Source: Nemertoderma westbladi | Taxonomy: Eukaryota > Animalia > Xenacoelomorpha | DNA length: 64,000 nucleotides | Reading direction: 5' to 3' | Assembly: GCA_032718475.1 (NCBI GenBank) | Contig: JAUCBJ010007955.1 | Coordinates: 169,869 to 233,868, forward strand | Part shown: positions 22,783 to 32,137 of the stretch, piece by piece | Layout: each line of letters begins with the position of its first letter | Numbering within the stretch: position 1 is the stretch's first letter | The notes under the pieces: model-generated | What the model was told of the DNA's origin: nothing | What the model saw: only the letters and a program-made list of their open reading frames with translations | Database searches by the model: none | Made by a program: the position numbers and the translations under genes

Positions 22783-23310
22783 ATGTCAGATTCTAATTTG
22801 TTTAAATTATATAGCGCCCCGCAAATCCAACTGGGAAGTGGGAATTATAGCGATATACCCGTTTTTAAGGGTGGAAGCATTCTCCCCGGGTTTGGCCCAT
22901 CTACTGGTATATGGAATAATAAGGATAATAAATTCGGCCGGCGATACACCCAAAATCGTCAGCGTGGGCGCGGAATATTAACAACTGGCCTCGGTATATT
23001 AGCGCGCAAGTTAGGGAGAAAGGTGCTAACTAAAGCACTCCCCAAAGCAGCAAAAGTAGCGCGGAAATACATAATACCGGAAGGAAAACGTATTTTACGC
23101 AGTAAAGCAGATGATTTGATAAATAAAGTGGCTGCGCGGTTAGAACCTCATCCAAAGACACGCCAAATCGCCCAACGGGTATACAATGAATTTACAAACC
23201 CGAAAAGTAAAAAAAAGAGGAGCGGGAAACGGCGACACCCAAGTGTGGGTATGAATGTTGGGCGCAAACGTAAAAAGCGAAATAATAAATGTCATGATAT
23301 TTTTATGTAA
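22783..23310 (+). CDS. Basic core protein (adenovirus pVII-like role) with protease-cleavage-type motifs
   Basis: QLGSG and RQRGRG followed by an amphipathic helix; K/R-rich C-terminus ending DIF; directly upstream of the capsid gene. Confidence 0.72.
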   Translation: MSDSNLFKLYSAPQIQLGSGNYSDIPVFKGGSILPGFGPSTGIWNNKDNKFGRRYTQNRQRGRGILTTGLGILARKLGRKVLTKALPKAAKVARKYIIPEGKRILRSKADDLINKVAARLEPHPKTRQIAQRVYNEFTNPKSKKKRSGKRRHPSVGMNVGRKRKKRNNKCHDIFM

Positions 23311-23317
23311 CTTAACA

Positions 23318-24568
23318 ATGAGTAAATTAGAATTATCATTATTCTCGAGTAAAACAAATCAGCGAGAATATACATCTTCACATTTTTTGGATATCTACCC
23401 GATTTCTACTCTTGACGCGAATGCCAGGCAAATAGAGTTCTTTATACCCCAGTCAAATGTTCTATATACTGATTTAAAGAATTCGAAATTTCACATTAAA
23501 TATAAAATTACATGGGATGGTAATAGGGCTAACGACGATACAACCCTCCACCATCTCAATTACCCGGGTGGGTCACTATTTGAAAATTGTTCGTTGTACC
23601 TAAATGAAAAGCTAGTTGAAACCTCGAATGGGTTCTACGCCTATAAGTATACGTTTCAGACATTACTGTTGACAGATGCTAACGAAAAACGCGGTATTTT
23701 AAGAGCTGGCGGTTATGAAGATACAGATAATAATCTAGGCGGGGTACCTGTCGCTACTGAGAATGACGTTCGTGGGAATTATGTTAAATTCGTTGTGGCC
23801 CCAATTTTTTTAGACCTAACAAGCCAGGACAAATTACTGCCGCCTGGAATTAACATTCGACTTCGTATAGACCGAGTATCGAATAATTTTTTTTTGAAAG
23901 TTGAATCCCCCGCAGGATTGGTAAACCCAAGAGTTGAAATCATGAATATTAATTTAAAAATAAAACGCCACAGGATTGATGCCGAGGTTATGCGCGCGCA
24001 TTTGTTGGGGTCACAAAAAAATGACTTTATTTATAACTTGTTAAAACAAGAAGTGAAAACCTTCACTATTGGTGGCAGACAGTCCAGTTATACAGAATCG
24101 AACATAATCCAAGGGAAATTACCTAAGTATATTTTGATTGGAATGCTTACCAACGCCAGCTTCAACGGGGAAATAAGCAGTAATCCGCTACATTTTAACC
24201 ATTTCGGTTTAAATTATGCCGAACTAAACATCGACTCCCGTATTATACACGGGTATCCATATCGCCCTAACTTTCCGGAAAACAATTTTATGTTGGAATT
24301 CGAAAGTTTAATGAACGTGTTCAAGAGCTTGAGCGGCGTATTTTGCTCGCTAACACCAGAACGGTTTCGTACCCAATTTCCTTTGATAGTATTTGATCTT
24401 ACCGCTGGAGGCGATCAAAGCCATGAGATTCAACCTAGTATACATACAAGCGGGCATTTGATTCTGAAATTTAGTAAGGCGCTAGTTAACACTATTAACG
24501 TTATATTAATGGCAAGCTATGACGCTCTTCTATCTATTTCGGAAGCCAAGGAAATAATAACCGAATAA
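23318..24568 (+). CDS. Major capsid protein (double jelly-roll), intact
   Basis: KLELSLF, YPIS...IEFFIP...YTDL, YAYKY, QDKLLPPG, GKLPKYILIG, NPLHFNHF and FDLT motifs; 416 aa from the ATG at 23318. Confidence 0.93.
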   Translation: MSKLELSLFSSKTNQREYTSSHFLDIYPISTLDANARQIEFFIPQSNVLYTDLKNSKFHIKYKITWDGNRANDDTTLHHLNYPGGSLFENCSLYLNEKLVETSNGFYAYKYTFQTLLLTDANEKRGILRAGGYEDTDNNLGGVPVATENDVRGNYVKFVVAPIFLDLTSQDKLLPPGINIRLRIDRVSNNFFLKVESPAGLVNPRVEIMNINLKIKRHRIDAEVMRAHLLGSQKNDFIYNLLKQEVKTFTIGGRQSSYTESNIIQGKLPKYILIGMLTNASFNGEISSNPLHFNHFGLNYAELNIDSRIIHGYPYRPNFPENNFMLEFESLMNVFKSLSGVFCSLTPERFRTQFPLIVFDLTAGGDQSHEIQPSIHTSGHLILKFSKALVNTINVILMASYDALLSISEAKEIITE

Positions 24569-24654
24569 ATAAAGATCTTGCATAGTACAAAGTAAGCGAA
24601 GCTTGCGGAATTAGAAAAATTATCTTAAACTTTTAATGATATGCGTACGCTAAG

Positions 24655-25050
24655 ATGTTGGACTCTATACAATTAGCGAAATTCCCGGTGGGGCCCGAAT
24701 ACATCGGTGTTTACGCAATCGACCAATTACACCTAATACACGCAAAAAAAAATAAGCATAAACAAAATTATTCATTTATTATTAATAATCAACGTATAGG
24801 CCTACCGGGGCAACACTGGTCTTGCGTACGCGTGGTTAACAGAATTGCTTATTATTTAGATTCGTTTGGTAAAGCCCCACCGCCGAAAATATCATATTGG
24901 TTGCATAAATATACCCAAAGGCATACTTGGAATCGTAAAATATTTCAAGCGCCGCAATCGACTCAGTGTGGTCTATTTTGTCTGTATTATTTAACCGAGG
25001 TGCCGAAAAATCCCGGAGCAATCCTCTAATTTGCGGTACAATGATTTATT
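24655..25050 (+). CDS. Adenain-like cysteine maturation protease, 3' end disrupted
   Basis: PGQHW (His), YLDSFG (Asp), Q...STQCGLFC (Gln/Cys). The NLRYND tail is in a shifted frame and cut by an insertion. Confidence 0.92.
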
Positions 25051-25148
25051 GTGGGGCGAGCCACGAAGTTGGCGGAGCCTTAGCGAATTGACACTGTTAG
25101 GGGTGGGTCAATTTATGCAAATAGTTGTCGTCGTCGTCGTCGTCGTTG

Positions 25149-25180
<32 letters not shown>

Positions 25181-26376
25181 GTCGTCGTCGTCGTTACGAT
25201 TTTGACATGCTAATAACTTTGTCGGATTTAAAGCTGCCAAGTTGAAAATTTGTAGGTATCAATATGAGCAAAAGTTGAGATTTTTGAGAGACTTTCAGAC
25301 ACCATCAGTGCAATGGTCTCCCGCTAGAGGGCCACATGTCTAAACATTAAATGCCCTCCCATTTCTTTGCTTTTAATCCGTTTAAGCTGACACTTGGCAG
25401 ATATGTATTAGACCATTAGCTGTGACTTTCAAAGGAGGCGAATCCATCTGCAGTTCTCCAGTCTGCCGCTAGAGGGCCAAAGGTCTGAAAGTGAAATCGT
25501 TGTCGTCGTTACGATTTTGACATGCTAATAACTTTGTCGGATTTAAAGCTGCCAAGTTGAAAATTTGTAGGTATCAATATGAGCAAAAGTTGAGATTTTT
25601 GAGAGACTTTCAGACACCATCAGTGCAATGGTCTCCCGCTAGAGGGCCACATGTTTAAACATTAAATGCCCTCCCATTTCTTTGCTTTTAATCCGTTTAA
25701 GCTGAAACTTGGCAGATATGTATTAGACCATTAGCTGTGACTTTCAAAGGAGGCGAATCCATCTGCAGTTCTCCAGTCTGCCGCTAGAGGGCCAAATGTC
25801 TGAAAGTGAAATCGTTGTCGTCGTTATGATATTGACATGCTTATAACTTTGTCGAATTTAAAGCTGCCAAGTTGAAAATTTGTTTTGTTGAAAATCAGTT
25901 CAACAGTCACCCGCTATAGGACTACTTTATGCCTGAAAGTGAATAGATTCTCCCGTCTCATTGATTTTAATCAGTTTAAGCTGAATCTTGCCATATATTC
26001 TGGACCACATGCTGCGTCTTTGTGGGGGGGGGGGGAGATTTAATCGGTCTGCCGCTATACGACGAAATTTCTGAAAGTGAGATCCGTCTCTCATTTCGTT
26101 ATCCGTTATTCAAGATGAAACTTGGCCGATGTATGTATGTACTATTCATCCATAGGCTGTGTATTTGTGGGGCTGGAGACCCTAATCCATCTTCAGTTCT
26201 CACTATACCGCTAGAGTCAGAAATGTCTGAATAGAAATGAAAGAGGTAAAAAGTGATTAGGCGAAATCTGCTTAAAATTTGCTAATACAGTAATACTTTC
26301 GAATTAGTACTTAAATTAAATTTAAGTCACGTGCTGCGCGAAGGCCCCACTTCGTGTTATTACTGTGGACACTTTC
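25051..26376 (+). mobile_element. Helentron-associated (HINE/DINE-1-like) non-autonomous element
   Basis: Subterminal inverted repeats GTGGGGC...GCCCCAC, (GTC)n microsatellite at 25125-25195, about three 315-bp tandem units, a short 3' stem-loop and a T-rich target. Same termini as 40480-43652. Confidence 0.72.
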
Positions 26377-26999
26377 ATTAATAAAATAATTTATTTATTT
26401 CGGTTATGGGTATATTAAATTGCGGTGTGTGAACATATTATTAGCATTAATATTAATAATAAATATTTATTTCTTGGGTATATAGTAATAGCAATATTTT
26501 TAATAAATATATGGGATGTGGTAAGTGACGTGGGTGGGGTCTTCACGCGGCACTATTCGTTTTTAATTTTCATCGTCAATCACAGAAACCTTGTGAGGTG
26601 AAGTCTTTAACGTGTGGGCGCCAGTAAAACTGGAATAATAATTGGACATAGAGCACATTGGGGCCCAACTCTTCCCATTATATACCAAGCATCTGCCGCC
26701 CAACCTATGTGGTTAACACAAAGGCCAGAATCTCTATCCACGCTACGCGCATTAGACAATAATTAAACGCTCTAACGACAATCAAAGCTCTGCGTTCAAT
26801 TTACTCACATATGTGACCAGTTTCGCAAAAGAAATAAGCCATATATAGATACGCCACGAAGCATAGAAAATTAGCCTTACCAAAGTAGTTAGTTCTGTTG
26901 TAGTTTGCTATATAACATTGGGAATAGCGATACCAGCATCACTTTATTATTTTAATTTTTAAATTATAAATTATAATATATTATTATTAAAATTTCGAT

Positions 27000-27367
27000 A
27001 TGGCTGAAGGCGGTGAACTCGAGAATCCTGAAGCAGAAGACCCCATCCAACAAATACCTGTTTCCGACAGGGTACCCCAAACTTTAGGCGAGGGGACTCG
27101 CGGGGGTACCATTGAACCCCTTAGAAGGCCTAATACACCAATGGCAACGGCGTATAGGCCTATCAATTTTTATCCGGCGATTGGTAGGCCTCTTAGGCCT
27201 ATTGCCATGGTATTTCCGAATAGGCGGCCCCGAGGGCGAGGTCGTGGCTTATCACCGTGGTTCCCCCCGGATCCGCCGCAAGAAGGGGTACTCCCTGCGG
27301 AGCCTGGGAGAATTGTTGGTGGGGGAGTCCGCCCAACTTGCGCCTGCCCCCCAAGAGTGATAGGGCA
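27000..27367 (+). CDS. Pro/Arg-rich Polinton accessory protein, now fused in frame to a LINE fragment
   Basis: ATG after an AT-rich leader. Removing the LINE gives ...CPPRVIGQTRTQPPNQH*. Confidence 0.55.
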
Positions 27368-28002
27368 CTCTTCGACTTCTGACGACTTCTGTTACCTGGG
27401 ATCATGGATCCGGAAGTCAGGTGAGGACCTTCGAATACGTAAGGGAAAGGCATGGGCAGCCTTGAATAGGCTTTCCAGGATTTGGAAGTCACCTAGAATT
27501 AATCGGAAACTTAAGGTCCGATTATTCAGAGCAGCAGTAGTTCCAGTACTCCTCTACGGGAGTCCATGCTGGGCTCTAACTGCTGAGGACACCAAATCTC
27601 TGGATGGCACATTCACAAGAATGCTACGCCGGGTACATTGTGTCAAGTACAATGCACACATCTCCAACCAGACACTATATAACATTGGAGGTGTCTCATT
27701 GGTTCCCCCAAGCTTGACACTAGAACAAAATCGCCTCCGCTTTGCAGGACATTGCTTTCGCCGTGAGGACCAGCCAGTGCATAATCTTGTACTTTGGCAG
27801 CCTCATGGAGTGAATAAGCATGGTGGACAGCCCATGACTTTCTTGAGACGCATCTTAAAGGACACTGGCCTTAAAGATGCGGATGATCTAGCAAATGTCA
27901 TGGGTGATAGGGAGTTGTGGCGGTGCAATTTTGTTGACAAGCCGGCACAGCATTCTTAAAAATGCAGCTGCAATGCAGCATGCCGATCCTAGTAGTAGTA
28001 GT
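27368..28002 (+). mobile_element. 5'-truncated RTE-clade LINE
   Basis: DDFCYLGSWI...LRFAGHCFR; (AGT)n tail; 12-bp TSD AGTGATAGGGCA (27356-27367, 28003-28014). Near-identical to 59700-60300. Confidence 0.93.
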
Positions 28003-28169
28003 AGTGATAGGGCAAACGAGAACGCAGCCTCCCAACCAACATTAATGTAAGTAATAATTTAATTTCAACAATTAATATAATAACAATAAATAATTACCAA
28101 AATTCAGCAATAGTACCCACACGCTAAAGGCTTTGCTCACTCCGCGCAACGCGGGTACCCATATTCTAA

Positions 28170-29044
28170 GGCTTCGTTCGATTCATGGCTCGTCCTATTT
28201 TTTCATCAAATCACTGTATAACCGAGTTATTAGCAATTAAAACTTATGTCGGCGCCGGACGGCGATTAGACAACTCTCCGATTGCACCTATATGCTTTCA
28301 CACACTTCATGGCTCGCCCCTCCGCATATAAGTAGAATAATCATATTAAAAATTAATATTATAAATACTATAACTTTATACTCACTTCGCGGCTCGCCCC
28401 ACAACTAGTTGCTTAGCAATAACTGTAGAATTGTAATATTGGTGGCTGTTGTTAGTTGAATACAATAACCTTACTTCGATGCTATCACTCACTTCATGGC
28501 TCGCCCCATAAGTCTGTGTTTATTTACCTTTTTTAGTTGTTGCGTCATAACCTTACTTCGATGCTATCACTCACTTCATGGCACGCCCCATAGGTAGAAT
28601 AATCAAATTAAAATAATATTATAAATACTATAACCTTAACCCATATGCTAAGGCTTCACTCGCTTCATGGCTCGCCCCATTTTTTCATCAAATCACGAAA
28701 TCATGTTGAAGACTTTATAACAAACGTCTGCAACCCACTTACTATATTGGGTTTTACCTATTGCGGTTCAAGGTCAAACGCCAATCACTCACTTCATGGC
28801 TCGCCCCATAAGTCTGTGTTTATTTACCTTTTTTAGTTGTTGCGTCATAAACTTACTTCGATGCTATCACTCACTTCATGGCTCGCCCCATAGGTAGAAT
28901 AATCAAATTAAAATAATATTATAAATACTATAACCTTAACCCATATGCTAAGGCTTCACTCGCTTCATGGCTCGCCCCATTTTTTCATCAAATCACGAAA
29001 TCATGTTAAAGACTTTATAACAAACGTCTGCAACCCACTTACTA
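28170..29044. repeat. Subterminal tandem array of the Polinton right end
   Basis: About 9 copies of CTTCATGGCTCGCCCC, organised partly in two units of about 300 bp (about 28485-28785 and 28785-29085). Confidence 0.9.
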
Positions 29045-29325
29045 TATTGGGTTTTACCTATTGCAGTTCAAGGTCAAACGCCAACCGGTAGACACGAATT
29101 AATTAAATTACTTCCGTCTGCGAACTGGCCTTATACCACATACAGTATGTCACATATACACAGTGGTGACATATGTTACATATGCACAATGGTAACCATA
29201 GTAAGTGGGTGGGGTGACACAATGGTAATCATAGTAAGTAGGCGGGGCAAGAGCCGTTCGGCAAATTCTTTAACATGGTAGACTATGGCAGACGCTGTTT
29301 TATTTAAGTTGTTTATCATACTACT
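29045..29325 (-). repeat. Right terminal inverted repeat of the Polinton
   Basis: Reverse complement of 8201-8477 with few differences; ends in CATACTACT. Confidence 0.95.
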
Positions 29326-29331
29326 AACGAC

Positions 29332-29750
29332 AAACTCAAAGCCAAGAATAACGAATTAGACGACATAACAAAAAAGATTAACAATAACGGATTGGATGAC
29401 AATTTATCAGAAAAAATTGACGAAAGATTGCGGCACCATTCTTCGTTAGTTTGTCGAAACACTCCAGCAAACACCACCGCTATAGTCAACCACCATTACG
29501 GTCTTCGAGGATTTATCAGATGCGATACCAAAGTGCCTGGTGAACCTTGGGTTGTAATACAGAGACGGGTAGACGCTTCCGAGGATTTCTATAAAGATTG
29601 GTAGAACTATCGATCAGGCTTCGGTGACATAGAAGATAACTTTTGGGTAGGACTCGAAAATATATATAAACTTACAAAAGATGGTGTAGTCCTTCGGGTA
29701 GATCTCTGGTACCATGGCGAATACATAATGGCCAGTACGAAGACTTCCAC
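29332..29750 (+). pseudogene. Host fibrinogen-related protein, 3' part (coiled coil and FReD domain), truncated
   Basis: CDTKVPGEPWVVIQRRVDASEDFYKDW*NYRSGFGDIEDNFWVGLENIYKLT...LRVDL. TAG at 29602-29604, a frameshift near QYEDF, then similarity is lost. Confidence 0.9.
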
Positions 29751-31934
29751 ACAAATAAATAAAGGACTATTATTCGATAAAAAAAAGTAAGCGTACACCG
29801 AGGCTTTTTTTTCACTCAATTTCAATTTATCGAAATTCAACTATTCTGTCCGAATGTTTGAGTTTTACAAGAATTGGCAGGTTTTTAGCACGAGCGAAGC
29901 GAGTGTTAAAATGCCAACGAGTGGAAAACTCAACAAATTAGTAGAAAATTAGTTTAAAAAAGGTAAAAAATTTGTTAAAAAAATACTTTTTTGACAAATT
30001 TCCTGGAAATTAGTGAAAAAAAATTAATTAATTAACTAAATTTTAAAAATATTAGTGAGAAAAAGAGCCTTTTTCAAATAAAATCTATTAACCTACACAT
30101 TATAATGACGACATCGATCAAAAAGTATCTGCAACCATAATGGTCTGTCTGCAAACATAATGGTCTGTCTGTAACCATAATGGTCTGTCTGCAACCACAA
30201 ATGCAATAGGTTTCCTTGGAAATATTAAAAATAAATATCTGTTATAATTAAACCACGTCAAACTAAACATTAAACGATTCCGATAATTATTATAGAAAAA
30301 CAACGATTTGATGTATTTGGGACGTAATTATTGGTATGCCGTGAAATAAAAACCCTTAAACCCATATTTTTTTGAAATTATTATATTAGAGTGTAACATC
30401 TCGAATGTTGGATCGTAATTTTTTTTTAATTGTATTTCTTCACAGCGTTTTTGAATGAGAAAACATAACAAAATCATAAAATTGTGAAGTGGACTTGAAA
30501 AATATCTACTTCTTCTTACAAATAGAAAATACAATTTCTTTGTCCGACTTTATAATCCGCATTTTCGAGGAATAGTTAAACCATATTTTTTTCTAGGCCG
30601 AAGGCCGAGGAAAAAATGCCTTAACTATTTCTAGGACATGCGGGTTAAGCAGGACAAAAAAATACTTTCATTTTGTAAAAGATGTTGTTTTCTTTAAAAT
30701 ATTCTAAATTAGAAGTTTAAAGTAACAAAGTTATCGCAAATTTGTGGTCAATTCTGAAATTTTGTGTAATTAATGTTAAATGATTGTGTGATTAAACTAG
30801 CTAGGCCCTACTTGAGCAAACTATCATGCAACTTAACATTTTAATGTTAAATTGATTAACAATTACCAACGTAATTACTGATCTAGAATAAATAATGAGA
30901 AATCAACATAATAAACTTCTAGTTCATTGATAGGATAAATATTTTATTATCCGCATTTTTGGAATATTGATTGGAACATTTCTTAATTTCTTTATTGTCC
31001 GCACTTTTGCACACAATAAAGGGGATAGGTATTTTATTCCGAACAAAATGAGCCCAAAATCAGCTCCCCGCGATCAAAACTAGCGAAGTTATGGTCAAAA
31101 ATATGTTGCTGCCCAAATATAAAAAAAATAACTTTAGTTAAATTTATTTTATTTTCAAAACAACCAAAAATGCTAGCAAACCAAAAAATCACACGTTTAT
31201 TACATCAACAATACATGTAACATGTATATTACATTATATTTATGTAGTACTGTTGTACATAGGTACCATATAAAAAAAATTACACGTAATAAAACAACTA
31301 AATATGAACTATTTATTATATTGTGTATAATGTAGAACTTTATCTCAAACCGGTCCCGAGTGTTAATATTTACACGAACGAGCGAAGTGAGTGAGTGAGT
31401 GAGTGAAATATTGAAACAAGGGACCGAAGTGAGATAGGCATTACTATGGTATGTATAAGCAAAAATTTACAATTTTTGCTTATACATACCATAGTAATGC
31501 CAGTGAGATAAAGGTATATTATACACAATATAATATGTTGTTTCATTGTTAAATTCGTGGATTACTTAACAAAATGTATAATAGATAATAGTAGCCAGTT
31601 CTTATATTTGTATGTTTCGTTCACGATTTACGAACATTTGGCGGTATTGTATACCAAGTTTCTAGAACTATGTTCTAGACCTCTTAAAAAGGCTACAGAA
31701 AAAAATTCTGGAACGTTTTTATAAATATAAATTTAACAATAAAATATAAAATACCAGACATTATTTTTATACTCATTTTTTTGATTTTATGAATTAATAG
31801 GGTACTAGTATATAGTATGTATAACCGGTATTAGTAAAGTATGTATATAACAAATTTGTAAGAACCTTTGTGAATTTATTGGTGTTATTGTTGTCTTTAT
31901 TGATATTGGTGAATGTTCTGGAACATTGCTAGAT

Positions 31935-32137
31935 ATTATTAAGTAATTTAAACAGGACTTCGGATGATCCAACCATATAGCAAATAGAGCGGAAAAAATG
32001 AATTCGCCACCAGCGGGGATCGAACCCGCGTCTCAAGATAAACGTTCGGGTATGCTGACCAATAACCATAAAGGCATTTCCGCCCCATTTGCTATAGAGT
32101 TGGATCATCCTAAGTACTGTTTAAATTACTTAATAAT
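31935..32137. repeat. Hairpin element: about 60-bp inverted arms enclosing a tRNA-derived sequence
   Basis: Arms ATTATTAAGTAATTTAAACAG...GCGGAAA and TTTCCGC...CTGTTTAAATTACTTAATAAT. The core (32006-32075, minus) has a perfect T-arm GCGGG-TTCGATC-CCCGC followed by a T6 run. Confidence 0.7.

Larger units (their letters stand above)
8201..29325 (+). mobile_element. Polinton/Maverick (endogenous adintovirus-like element), 21,125 bp including nested insertions
   Basis: Terminal inverted repeats starting AGTACTATGATAAAC and ending GTTTATCATACTACT. 6-bp TSD AACGAC (8195-8200, 29326-29331). Encodes pPolB, integrase, ATPase, protease, major and minor capsid proteins. Confidence 0.97.

Noticed and set aside
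23255-23317. Extended N-terminus of the capsid ORF from a non-ATG start
   Set aside because: It overlaps the upstream core gene; the ATG at 23318 gives the typical capsid start.
25031-25213. Poly-valine ORF
   Set aside because: It is a (GTC)n microsatellite within an inserted repeat.
28170-29044. Repeat-spacer pattern superficially like a CRISPR array
   Set aside because: The spacers are themselves duplicated, the context is eukaryotic and there are no cas genes.
32006-32075. Functional tRNA gene
   Set aside because: The anticodon arm does not pair and the acceptor stem is mismatched; treated as tRNA-derived. The same applies to the heads at about 60713-60775 and 61040-61098.
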